Assembly: GCF_054482595.1 (NCBI RefSeq)
Contig: NZ_JBTHVH010000004.1
Direction: 5' to 3' (one strand)
Length of the DNA: 64,000 bases
Origin: a plasmid
Shown here: positions 36,652 to 47,594 of the stretch, one piece after another
Layout of the letters: each line of letters begins with the position of its first letter
How positions within the stretch are numbered: the stretch's first letter is position 1
The notes under the pieces: model-generated
Databases searched by the model: none
What the model was told of the DNA's origin: nothing
The model's input: the letters and a program-made list of their open reading frames with translations, nothing else
Made by a program: the position numbers and the translations under genes

Positions 36652-36682
36652 CCCGCATGGCATAGGCCTATCGTTTCCACGA

Positions 36683-37584
36683 TCAGCGATCGGCTCGTTG
36701 CCCTGCGCCGCTCCAAAGCCCGCGACGCAGCGCCGGCAGGCAGAGCAAGTAGAGGGCAGCGCCTGCAATCCATGCCCACCCGTTCCACGTTGTTATAGAA
36801 GCCGCATAGATCGCCGTGAAGAGGAGGGGTCCGACGATCGAGGTCAGGCTGGTGAGCGCCGCCAGTGAGCCTTGCAGCTGCCCCTGACGTTCCTCATCCA
36901 CCTGCCTGGACAACATTGCTTGCAGCGCCGGCATTCCGATGCCACCCGAAGCAAGCAGGACCATGATCGGGAACGCCATCCATCCCCGTGTCGCGAAGGC
37001 AAGCAGGATGTAGCCTGTGCCGTCGGCAATCATTCCGAGCATGAGTGCCCGCCTTTCGCCGAGCCGGGCGGCTACAGGGCCGGTGATCATTGCCTGGGCG
37101 AGTGAATGCAGAATGCCAAATGCGGCAAGCGAAATGCCGATCGTGGTCGCGTCCCAGTGAAAGCGATCCTCGCCGAAAATGACCCAAAGCGCGGCCGGCA
37201 CCTGTCCGACAAGTTGCATGATGAAGAAGACCGCCATCAGGGCGGCGACGACGGTCATGCCCCGGGCCCACCGGAACGAAGCGAGCGGGTTGAGAGCCTC
37301 CCGGCGTAACGGCCGGCGTTCGCCTTTGTGCGACTCCGGCAAAAGGAAACAGCCCGTCAGGAAATTGAGGCCGTTCAAGGCTGCCGCGGCGAAGAACGGA
37401 GCGTGGGGGGAGAAACCGCCCATCAGCCCACCGAGCACAGGTCCCGCGACCATCCCGAACCCGAAACAGGCGCTCATGAAGCCGAAGTGCCGCGCGCGCT
37501 CATCGCCATCAGTGATATCGGCAATATAAGCGCCGGCTACCGCCCCAGTCGCCCCGGTGATGCCGGCCACGATCCGCCCGATAT
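36683..37584 (-). pseudogene. tet(A): tetA(A), 5'-truncated (last ~300 codons, native C-terminus …LWSGAGQRADR)
   Basis: It is identical by eye to 52229..53102 on the other strand. It is interrupted at …atatcggg by the Tn2 IR. Confidence 0.92.
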
Positions 37585-37622
37585 GGGGTCTGACGCTCAG
37601 TGGAACGAAAACTCACGTTAAG
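37585..37622. repeat. Tn2/Tn3 right-end 38-bp IR (outer end at 37585)
   Basis: GGGGTCTGACGCTCAGTGGAACGAAAACTCACGTTAAG. Confidence 0.9.
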
Positions 37623-37731
37623 GGATTTTGGTCATGAGATTATCAAAAAGGATCTTCACCTAGATCCTTTTAAATTAAAAATGAAGTTTTAAATCAATCT
37701 AAAGTATATATGAGTAAACTTGGTCTGACAG

Positions 37732-38970
<1,239 letters not shown>

Positions 38971-39153
38971 GTCCTGCGAATATGTGAGTTTTGACCTAAT
39001 GAGCCACAAAAACTCATTTTCGCCCACGATAATTTTTCTACTTCCTTTCTTTGGAATGCTCATTTCAATATTCACATAACGTCGCTATCAATCGCGGAAA
39101 AGGCGTAGTGCGCGAAGCGAACGAAGCTTTTTGCCGTCGATTGCATAGCTTTG

Positions 39154-39636
39154 TTAACCCTTTTTCCAAATTTGATAGCAATAGTTAATGTTTGAAGTAA
39201 AGTGTTGCTCAAAAACAACTTCGAAGGTATTTGGAATACTCGGGAAGAAAACATCCCCCTCTGGCTCGATGTCGATCGTCGATAAGTGGAGCGTAGAGGC
39301 CATGGGTAATGTTTCTCGGTAAATTTCTCCGCCACCAGACACTATAACGTGACCGGTGAATTCAGCTAGCCTGTCCATGGCCTCTTCGATTGACTGAAAT
39401 ACAACTACATTGTCATCATTTGATGTCCAACCTGAGCGGGTAACGACCGCGTATTTCCTATTGGGGAGTGCGCCCATAGATTCAAACGTCTTGCGACCCA
39501 CCAGAAGCCACTGATTGTAGGTCAATGCTTTAAAAAGTAGCTGCTCCCCTTTCGCGGACCAGGGTATGTCTGGACCGCAACCAATCACGCCGTTTTTCGC
39601 TTTCGCAGCCATCAATGATACTTTCAAGGTTCTCAT
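39154..39636 (-). CDS. dfrA14: Trimethoprim-resistant dihydrofolate reductase, DfrA14 (DfrA5/A14 group)
   Basis: 160 aa, [55 protein letters not shown]…[10 protein letters not shown]. It is the last cassette of the array. Confidence 0.85.
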   Translation of the reverse strand: MRTLKVSLMAAKAKNGVIGCGPDIPWSAKGEQLLFKALTYNQWLLVGRKTFESMGALPNRKYAVVTRSGWTSNDDNVVVFQSIEEAMDRLAEFTGHVIVSGGGEIYRETLPMASTLHLSTIDIEPEGDVFFPSIPNTFEVVFEQHFTSNINYCYQIWKKG

Positions 39637-39639
39637 CCT

Positions 39640-39701
39640 GGGTTAACGCTTGAGTTAAGCCGCGCCGCGAAGCGGCGTCGGCTTGAACGAATTGTTAGAC
39701 A
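39640..39701 (-). repeat. attC of the aadA1 cassette (approximate)
   Basis: gtctaacaattcgttcaagccgacgccgcttcgcggcgcggcttaactcaagcgttaac on the minus strand. Confidence 0.6.
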
Positions 39702-40493
39702 TTATTTGCCGACTACCTTGGTGATCTCGCCTTTCACGTAGTGAACAAATTCTTCCAACTGATCTGCGCGCGAGGCCAAGCGATCTTCTTCTTGTCCAAG
39801 ATAAGCCTGTCTAGCTTCAAGTATGACGGGCTGATACTGGGCCGGCAGGCGCTCCATTGCCCAGTCGGCAGCGACATCCTTCGGCGCGATTTTGCCGGTT
39901 ACTGCGCTGTACCAAATGCGGGACAACGTAAGCACTACATTTCGCTCATCGCCAGCCCAGTCGGGCGGCGAGTTCCATAGCGTTAAGGTTTCATTTAGCG
40001 CCTCAAATAGATCCTGTTCAGGAACCGGATCAAAGAGTTCCTCCGCCGCTGGACCTACCAAGGCAACGCTATGTTCTCTTGCTTTTGTCAGCAAGATAGC
40101 CAGATCAATGTCGATCGTGGCTGGCTCGAAGATACCTGCAAGAATGTCATTGCGCTGCCATTCTCCAAATTGCAGTTCGCGCTTAGCTGGATAACGCCAC
40201 GGAATGATGTCGTCGTGCACAACAATGGTGACTTCTACAGCGCGGAGAATCTCGCTCTCTCCAGGGGAAGCCGAAGTTTCCAAAAGGTCGTTGATCAAAG
40301 CTCGCCGCGTTGTTTCATCAAGCCTTACGGTCACCGTAACCAGCAAATCAATATCACTGTGTGGCTTCAGGCCGCCATCCACTGCGGAGCCGTACAAATG
40401 TACGGCCAGCAACGTCGGTTCGAGATGGCGCTCGATGACGCCAACTACCTCTGATAGTTGAGTCGATACTTCGGCGATCACCACTTCCCTCAT
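39702..40493 (-). CDS. aadA1: Aminoglycoside (3'')(9) adenylyltransferase AadA1
   Basis: MREVVIAEVSTQLSEVVGVIERHLEPTLLAVHLYGSAVDGGLKPHSDIDLL…GEITKVVGK. Confidence 0.92.
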   Translation of the reverse strand: MREVVIAEVSTQLSEVVGVIERHLEPTLLAVHLYGSAVDGGLKPHSDIDLLVTVTVRLDETTRRALINDLLETSASPGESEILRAVEVTIVVHDDIIPWRYPAKRELQFGEWQRNDILAGIFEPATIDIDLAILLTKAREHSVALVGPAAEELFDPVPEQDLFEALNETLTLWNSPPDWAGDERNVVLTLSRIWYSAVTGKIAPKDVAADWAMERLPAQYQPVILEARQAYLGQEEDRLASRADQLEEFVHYVKGEITKVVGK

Positions 40494-40509
40494 GATGTTT
40501 AACTTTGTT

Positions 40510-41310
40510 TTAGCCACCAATGATGCCCTCACTTTCCATGATTTTGGTGGGAATGGATTTTCTTAGCGGCAACTTACTTTCGTTGTCTATATCCATGTTA
40601 AAGGCGAAAAAGTAAACCTCTGTCTCCTTCTCAACCCACCCAACCCACCATGCGACACCAGGATTTGACTCAGTTCCCACACCAGAAAAACCAGTTTTTG
40701 AATGCACTAGATATTCAGGTGCCGCCTCCGTTACCAAAGCCTCTTTTACTATTAGCTGGTTTTCTTTAGATGCTGACAATTTATTTAAATATAGAGACTC
40801 TAGAAACTCCACTTGATTAACTGCGGAAATTCTAAGCTGGCCTTCCAACCAGAATTTGTCAATGCCACCACTGATATTCTGGTTGCCATAGGAAAATTTT
40901 TTAAGGTATTTCTGCATTCTTACTTCGCCAACTTCTCTGGCGATTTGTTGAAATACGGGAACAGCTGAAACTTGTATTGCCCCTCTTAAGGTCAAGTCTC
41001 TTTCCCATTGCTTCATGGCTCTTGGCTTTCCGTCCCATTTGAAAACCTGATGCTCATTCTTTATGACACCAGTTTCTAGGCCGATAATTGCGTTGGGGAT
41101 CTTAAATGTTGATGCTGGAAGATATTCCTTTGATGCACGAGCTAAGTCATTGGTAGCGCAGGATTTACTGCTACTTTTACAAAGCACGAAGACACCATTG
41201 ACGGCTTCGGCAGAGAACTCTTTGTTCCAAGACGTATTTTCTGTAATTGAACCAGCTAATGCCGTACTCGAAAGACACGCGATAATTACATATGCGGCAA
41301 ATGTTTTCAT
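40510..41310 (-). CDS. blaOXA-10: Class D beta-lactamase OXA-10
   Basis: 266 aa, [73 protein letters not shown]…. Confidence 0.93.
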   Translation of the reverse strand: MKTFAAYVIIACLSSTALAGSITENTSWNKEFSAEAVNGVFVLCKSSSKSCATNDLARASKEYLPASTFKIPNAIIGLETGVIKNEHQVFKWDGKPRAMKQWERDLTLRGAIQVSAVPVFQQIAREVGEVRMQKYLKKFSYGNQNISGGIDKFWLEGQLRISAVNQVEFLESLYLNKLSASKENQLIVKEALVTEAAPEYLVHSKTGFSGVGTESNPGVAWWVGWVEKETEVYFFAFNMDIDNESKLPLRKSIPTKIMESEGIIGG

Positions 41311-41574
41311 GGCACCTTCTTGGTGGCTAACGTTAATTCGACCTCAGAGGCGTTTAAGTCAAAATACCTCTGACGTCTAACATGATTAATCAAAGTCTGA
41401 TTTTTTAACAAAATCAGAAAGATAGACGCGAAACTTTAAAACAAAGGCGTCAACACTTCAAGTAGCGATCTTTCGCTTCGGCGAGGCCTAACGCCTGAGC
41501 TCAGCCGACCGAAACCGCGTAGCGGTTTTGGGTCGGCTGCAGCGATTTGTTGGGCGATAGCTTGCCACATTCTC

Positions 41575-42834
41575 TCAACGATTGGGATTTGATGTACTTT
41601 CCGCACTTTGTAGCGCGACCACATCATGCTCCCCCTGGCCGCGAGAGCCCTTCACTCGGGAAACACAAGACAGACCGAGCACGACTGTTGCAAGGGTCAA
41701 ACAGTACACGACAACCGGCCAAGCCGTGTTGCGCGGCAACAGCGAAATGATCAACGTTCCGATGCTTCCTAGCAGTACACCGCCCAAGCAGAAGTAGACT
41801 GCCGTGACCGTTCCAGCAACATGGTCGAATCCTCGAAGAGCGCCATTGGGCGACACAGATACCGCTGTGGCGACACCAATACCCACTAGCCACATTGGAG
41901 CAATAAAGCCTAACACGGACTGCGAAGCCCATATTTCGGTGATGGCAAGCAATACTGCTCCAGCTATCAGGCATCCCATTCCCATTCGCAAGACACTTGG
42001 GCTGCCCCACTTGGGTATCACACGCCCCATAAAACGAGCCGTAAACACCATGGCAATTGCCACTGTGGCGAACAGCAGGCTGAAGCCAAGCTGAGACACA
42101 CCTTGCCTGCCCATCATTAGTCCGGGCGCAATGGAGAAAAAGACGAAGAAGCTACCCATTCCAGCGGCGTAACACAACGTGTACAACCAGAAGTTCAGGC
42201 ACTTAACGGGGAGTAGCAGCTGCGACCATTGCAAGCCCGCAACTCGTTGCACCCGGGTTTCAGGCCAGAATCGCCACGCTGCTGCAGATGCAGCGATCAT
42301 GCCCAAACCTAGAAACGCAAAGATAGCCCGCCACCCAAGCCACATGTCGACGAGCGCTCCGAGCAATGGGCCTACCGCCGGGACCATGGCCAGCATGGAT
42401 CCGAGTATGCCGTAAATGACATTACTTTCCTCGCGACCTGCGTAAATGTCACGTACTGTTGCAAATGTGGAAACAAGGCACGCCGAGGCACCACAAGCCT
42501 GAAGAATCCGAAGCCCCAGAAAGACTTCAGCCGATGACGTAAGAGCGAGGCCCATTGACGCCACAACGTAGGCGAGGCCACCTCCCAGTAGAACGGGGCG
42601 GCGCCCCAGTCGGTCCGATAGCGGTCCAAACAAGAGCTGACCGGCACCAATCATGACCAAGTACGTTGTCAGCGTAAGCTGAATTGTGCTCGCTGTCGTA
42701 CCAAGCGCGTTTGGCATAAACGGCACTGCTGGCAAGTACATGTCCATGCCGAGTGATGCCAATAAATCGAACGGTGATAACAACAACACCGTGGCGGCAA
42801 GGGAGTACCGCCAACTAAAGTTTTTTGAGCGCAC
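41575..42834 (-). CDS. cmlA: Chloramphenicol efflux MFS transporter CmlA (419 aa, GTG start)
   Basis: (V)RSKNFSWRYSLAATVLLLSPFDLLASLGMDMYLPAVPFMPNALG…ESTSNPNR. Confidence 0.92.
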   Translation of the reverse strand: MRSKNFSWRYSLAATVLLLSPFDLLASLGMDMYLPAVPFMPNALGTTASTIQLTLTTYLVMIGAGQLLFGPLSDRLGRRPVLLGGGLAYVVASMGLALTSSAEVFLGLRILQACGASACLVSTFATVRDIYAGREESNVIYGILGSMLAMVPAVGPLLGALVDMWLGWRAIFAFLGLGMIAASAAAWRFWPETRVQRVAGLQWSQLLLPVKCLNFWLYTLCYAAGMGSFFVFFSIAPGLMMGRQGVSQLGFSLLFATVAIAMVFTARFMGRVIPKWGSPSVLRMGMGCLIAGAVLLAITEIWASQSVLGFIAPMWLVGIGVATAVSVSPNGALRGFDHVAGTVTAVYFCLGGVLLGSIGTLIISLLPRNTAWPVVVYCLTLATVVLGLSCVSRVKGSRGQGEHDVVALQSAESTSNPNR

Positions 42835-42932
42835 GAAACCATCTCCTTGAACAAAGGATTTGGCGGCGCTCCCGTAGAGCAAAAGGATTCATGAGAACGC
42901 CGCAACAACCGAAAAATGAAGGTTGCTGCGGC

Positions 42933-42962
42933 TTACTTGTCTGCGTTCTTGGAAGTGCTCAT
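42933..42962 (-). promoter_or_regulatory. cmlA translational-attenuation leader peptide (MSTSKNADK) with adjacent stem-loop
   Basis: ATGAGCACTTCCAAGAACGCAGACAAGTAA is followed by GCCGCAGCAACC…GGTTGTTGCGGC (about 42895..42930). Confidence 0.8.
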
Positions 42963-43154
42963 CTGCTGACTATCTCATGATTGAATTTGAATCGTAACAA
43001 CTTTCAAGCAACTCTGCGAGGAGCCTTATTGTGCGCCCAACGCCGCCATAAACGGCGACAGGGTGGCGCGCCTATTGCGCATAAAATGGCGAAGCCATGC
43101 GCAACAGGCGCGGAATCTCTGGCGTCCGGTTTGATGGCTTTGTTATGCAAAGGA

Positions 43155-43607
43155 CTAGTCTTCAATGACGTGTAAACCACGGCGCTTTAAGTCCTCTAAC
43201 GAATCCAACATTCCCCTTATTAATTCAACAGGATGCCCCTCCCAGTCTTCAACAACGCCAACAATTCTCAAGGGTTCGCAGGTTCTATAGGACTGTGTTG
43301 GATTACCGGGAAATTTTTTGTTCGTAAGATTCGGATCGTCTTCGAACGGTCCTGTTGGCTCAACTATGTATATGTAGCCGCGACCCTCGAGGCCAGACAG
43401 TGACATAGCAAGTTCAGCTCCCCAAACTGCTGGCTCCATCAAGGCTGAAAAGTAGATGTGCTTAAGAATACGACCGTCCTCGAAATGAGAGATGAACCCT
43501 GTGGTTAGCAAGTCACCAATCGCCAAATTGGCTTTGGTTCCATGATAGAACGGTCCTTGCACCTGCTTGTAATTATCATGAGAGATGGGAATCCAATCTT
43601 TTACCAT
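43155..43607 (-). CDS. arr: Rifampin ADP-ribosyltransferase Arr (arr-2/arr-3 type; allele not resolved)
   Basis: 150 aa, MVKDWIPISHDNYKQVQGPFYHGTKANLAIGDLLTTGFISHFEDGRILKH… It is the first cassette after attI1. Confidence 0.9.
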   Translation of the reverse strand: MVKDWIPISHDNYKQVQGPFYHGTKANLAIGDLLTTGFISHFEDGRILKHIYFSALMEPAVWGAELAMSLSGLEGRGYIYIVEPTGPFEDDPNLTNKKFPGNPTQSYRTCEPLRIVGVVEDWEGHPVELIRGMLDSLEDLKRRGLHVIED

Positions 43608-43900
43608 TTTAAGACCCTTAATTGTTGGGATTTGGCTGCATAACTTTGTTTTAGGGCGACTGCCCTGCTGCGTAACATCGTTGCTGCTCCATAACATCAA
43701 ACATCGACCCACGGCGTAACGCGCTTGCTGCTTGGATGCCCGAGGCATAGACTGTACAAAAAAACAGTCATAACAAGCCATGAAAACCGCCACTGCGCCG
43801 TTACCACCGCTGCGTTCGGTCAAGGTTCTGGACCAGTTGCGTGAGCGCATACGCTACTTGCATTACAGCTTACGAACCGAACAGGCTTATGTCCACTGGG
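43608..43900 (-). promoter_or_regulatory. attI1 and PcW of the second integron; P2 in its inactive 14-nt-spacer form
   Basis: ttgttatgactgtttttttgtacagt lacks the GGG insertion. TGGACA-17-TAAGCT lies within the intI1 5' end on the minus strand. Confidence 0.8.
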
Positions 43901-44785
43901 TTCGTGCCTTCATCCGTTTCCACGGTGTGCGTCACCCGGCAACCTTGGGCAGCAGCGAAGTCGAGGCATTTCTGTCCTGGCTGGCGAACGAGCGCAAGGT
44001 TTCGGTCTCCACGCATCGTCAGGCATTGGCGGCCTTGCTGTTCTTCTACGGCAAGGTGCTGTGCACGGATCTGCCCTGGCTTCAGGAGATCGGAAGACCT
44101 CGGCCGTCGCGGCGCTTGCCGGTGGTGCTGACCCCGGATGAAGTGGTTCGCATCCTCGGTTTTCTGGAAGGCGAGCATCGTTTGTTCGCCCAGCTTCTGT
44201 ATGGAACGGGCATGCGGATCAGTGAGGGTTTGCAACTGCGGGTCAAGGATCTGGATTTCGATCACGGCACGATCATCGTGCGGGAGGGCAAGGGCTCCAA
44301 GGATCGGGCCTTGATGTTACCCGAGAGCTTGGCACCCAGCCTGCGCGAGCAGCTGTCGCGTGCACGGGCATGGTGGCTGAAGGACCAGGCCGAGGGCCGC
44401 AGCGGCGTTGCGCTTCCCGACGCCCTTGAGCGGAAGTATCCGCGCGCCGGGCATTCCTGGCCGTGGTTCTGGGTTTTTGCGCAGCACACGCATTCGACCG
44501 ATCCACGGAGCGGTGTCGTGCGTCGCCATCACATGTATGACCAGACCTTTCAGCGCGCCTTCAAACGTGCCGTAGAACAAGCAGGCATCACGAAGCCCGC
44601 CACACCGCACACCCTCCGCCACTCGTTCGCGACGGCCTTGCTCCGCAGCGGTTACGACATTCGAACCGTGCAGGATCTGCTCGGCCATTCCGACGTCTCT
44701 ACGACGATGATTTACACGCATGTGCTGAAAGTTGGCGGTGCCGGAGTGCGCTCACCGCTTGATGCGCTGCCGCCCCTCACTAGTG
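43780..44785 (+). CDS. intI1: Class 1 integron integrase IntI1, 335 of 337 codons, fused in frame to IS26 sequence
   Basis: [20 protein letters not shown]…[11 protein letters not shown] is followed by 35 IS26-encoded residues. The ORF runs to 44892. Confidence 0.9.
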
Positions 44786-45605
44786 GGCACTGTTGCAAAG
44801 TTAGCGATGAGGCAGCCTTTTGTCTTATTCAAAGGCCTTACATTTCAAAAACTCTGCTTACCAGGCGCATTTCGCCCAGGGGATCACCATAATAAAATGC
44901 TGAGGCCTGGCCTTTGCGTAGTGCACGCATCACCTCAATACCTTTGATGGTGGCGTAAGCCGTCTTCATGGATTTAAATCCCAGCGTGGCGCCGATTATC
45001 CGTTTCAGTTTGCCATGATCGCATTCAATCACGTTGTTCCGGTACTTAATCTGTCGGTGTTCAACGTCAGACGGGCACCGGCCTTCGCGTTTGAGCAGAG
45101 CAAGCGCGCGACCATAGGCGGGCGCTTTATCCGTGTTGATGAATCGCGGGATCTGCCACTTCTTCACGTTGTTGAGGATTTTACCCAGAAACCGGTATGC
45201 AGCTTTGCTGTTACGACGGGAGGAGAGATAAAAATCGACAGTGCGGCCCCGGCTGTCGACGGCCCGGTACAGATACGCCCAGCGGCCATTGACCTTCACG
45301 TAGGTTTCATCCATGTGCCACGGGCAAAGATCGGAAGGGTTACGCCAGTACCAGCGCAGCCGTTTTTCCATTTCAGGCGCATAACGCTGAACCCAGCGGT
45401 AAATCGTGGAGTGATCGACATTCACTCCGCGTTCAGCCAGCATCTCCTGCAGCTCACGGTAACTGATGCCGTATTTGCAGTACCAGCGTACGGCCCACAG
45501 AATGATGTCACGCTGAAAATGCCGGCCTTTGAATGGGTTCATGTGCAGCTCCATCAGCAAAAGGGGATGATAAGTTTATCACCACCGACTATTTGCAACA
45601 GTGCC
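44786..45605 (-). mobile_element. IS26 copy 6 (820 bp)
   Basis: Both IRs are intact. The flanks cactagtg / cgttctca show no duplication. Confidence 0.97.
44838..45542 (-). CDS. tnpA: IS26 transposase
   Basis: Identical 234-aa Tnp26. Confidence 0.97.
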
Positions 45606-46310
45606 CGTTCTCATAATGCGATACACCCGCTTTGCATTAACCACAGGCAGGCCGTCCCGCTCCGACTCCCGTCGCAGCAGCGCCCACACACGGCGATAAC
45701 CATACGTCGGCAGGTCAGCCACCGCCATGTTTATCCGGGACAATACGGTGGTATCGTCAGAACGGGGCTGCCGTCTGCGATCCTGTCAGTCAGATGGCCG
45801 GTGAACCCGAATGCTCAACTGCGCACGCGACACGCTAAGACTTCTGCAAACGTCGCTTATTCGTCGTTCCCAGGCAACGAGGGCGCATGCGCAATCCATT
45901 TTTTTGCCCGGCCGAACTCCACGGCCTCTTTGAGTATCTCGGCTTCCATCGTCTTTTTGCCCAGAAGGCGCTGGAGTTCGCGAATTTGCTTATTGGCGGC
46001 AGCGAGTTCGGAGGCCGGCACCACTTCCTCGCCCGATGCAACAGCCGTCAGTGAACCGTCTTAATATTGCTTGCGCCATTTGAATATCTGGTTTGCATTG
46101 ATGCCATGCAGGCGCGCGACATGAGACACGGTCATACCGGGCTCCATAGTCTGCTGAATAATGGCAATTTTTTCCTGCGGTGTACGACGCCGACGCCGCT
46201 CAGGTCCTGATAACACTTCAACCATCTTATCGTTCTGACTGGTATTAAACATAGTTCCAAGACTACCTCTTATTTTAAGAGAGTCGAAGTGTCTGGTGAT
46301 CTATGGGGCC
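45606..46310 (-). mobile_element. IS2-like (IS3 family) left part: IR, orfA and the start of orfB, truncated by IS26 and carrying nonsense mutations
   Basis: The orfA product …[118 protein letters not shown] parallels IS2 InsC. The orfB start reads …[36 protein letters not shown]. The element end reads TGGCCCCATAGATCACC. Confidence 0.7.
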
Positions 46311-46619
46311 AGTCTAGCCCTCTTCCAAGTGTAGGGAGATATAGTCAAAGTTTGCTTCTCCGCCGATGAGTCCGCCCTGCGTCGGATAGTCCGATTTTTT
46401 ACCGGCGAAGCACGGCTCTCCTAACCCTATCTAAAGCGAATAACTTTTTTCAACAGGGCCGCGTGCCAATGCAAGAGCGATAGGCGCTCTACGCGCCAAT
46501 TTGACCACTTAAAACAGGTAAATTGAGGGGTTGTAATGTGTTGATGTAACAGGCTTTTATTTTAATGTCTTGGCATATGTATAATGGTAGTCTAGCCCTC
46601 CTTTCAACAAGGAGTACTC

Positions 46620-47276
46620 ATGGAAACCTACAATCATACATATCGGCACCACAACTTTTCACATAAAGACTTAAGTGATCTCACCTTCACCGCTTGCACA
46701 TTCATTCGCAGCGACTTTCGACGTGCTAACTTGCGTGATACGACATTCGTCAACTGCAAGTTCATTGAACAGGGTGATATCGAAGGCTGCCACTTTGATG
46801 TCGCAGATCTTCGTGATGCAAGTTTCCAACAATGCCAACTTGCGATGGCAAACTTCAGTAATGCCAATTGCTACGGTATAGAGTTCCGTGCGTGTGATTT
46901 AAAAGGTGCCAACTTTTCCCGAACAAACTTTGCCCATCAAGTGAGTAATCGTATGTACTTTTGCTCAGCATTTATTTCTGGATGTAATCTTTCCTATGCC
47001 AATATGGAGAGGGTTTGTTTAGAAAAATGTGAGTTGTTTGAAAATCGCTGGATAGGAACGAACCTAGCGGGTGCATCACTGAAAGAGTCAGACTTAAGTC
47101 GAGGTGTTTTTTCCGAAGATGTCTGGGGGCAATTTAGCCTACAGGGTGCCAATTTATGCCACGCCGAACTCGACGGTTTAGATCCCCGCAAAGTCGATAC
47201 ATCAGGTATCAAAATTGCAGCCTGGCAGCAAGAACTGATTCTCGAAGCACTGGGTATTGTTGTTTATCCTGACTAA
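46620..47276 (+). CDS. qnrS1: Pentapeptide-repeat quinolone-resistance protein QnrS1
   Basis: 218 aa, METYNHTYRHHNFSHKDLSDLTFTACTFIRSDFRRANLRDTTFVNCKFIEQGDIEG…ALGIVVYPD. Confidence 0.96.
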   Translation: METYNHTYRHHNFSHKDLSDLTFTACTFIRSDFRRANLRDTTFVNCKFIEQGDIEGCHFDVADLRDASFQQCQLAMANFSNANCYGIEFRACDLKGANFSRTNFAHQVSNRMYFCSAFISGCNLSYANMERVCLEKCELFENRWIGTNLAGASLKESDLSRGVFSEDVWGQFSLQGANLCHAELDGLDPRKVDTSGIKIAAWQQELILEALGIVVYPD

Positions 47277-47360
47277 TTGCTTTGATGTGTGATTTTAAAC
47301 GCTCAAATTTATAAAACGAATAATATTGTCAACCTTGCAATAATAGACATAGGGACAACC

Positions 47361-47523
47361 ATGTATAAATTTTTACCCTCAGGCGTCTTCACAATAGAGC
47401 CATATAGCAGTGGGTCACTTAGTGGGCTTAATTTTTCCATTAAAGATAATATTAATATTGCTCAGTATAAAACATCATATGGTAGCCCATCTTGGCAAGT
47501 AAACATAAGGCTGCCATTTATAA
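47361..47523 (+). pseudogene. Amidase-signature enzyme, N-terminal ~54 codons only
   Basis: MYKFLPSGVFTIEPYSSGSLSGLNFSIKDNINIAQYKTSYGSPSW is cut by an IS6-family IR at 47524. Confidence 0.35.
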
Positions 47524-47537
47524 GGCACTGTTGCAAA
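47524..47537. repeat. Solo IS26-type 14-bp IR (GGCACTGTTGCAAA) with ~20 bp of diverged IS6-family end
   Basis: ggcactgttgcaaaaatgtggaggtgata compared with the IS26 left end GGCACTGTTGCAAATAGTCGGTGGTGATA. Confidence 0.5.
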
Positions 47538-47594
47538 AATGTGGAGGTGATAGGGGTACTACGCCGGAACCCCAGATTTTTCCGTCCGTTCAAA

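Noticed and set aside
33572-37621. Many overlapping 60-190-aa ORFs on both strands within the Tn1721 tnpA remnant, pecM and tetA. The same is seen at 51871..53480 and 59637..62914.
   Set aside because: These regions are GC-rich, so stop-poor alternative frames are expected. All are nested inside or antisense to confidently identified genes.
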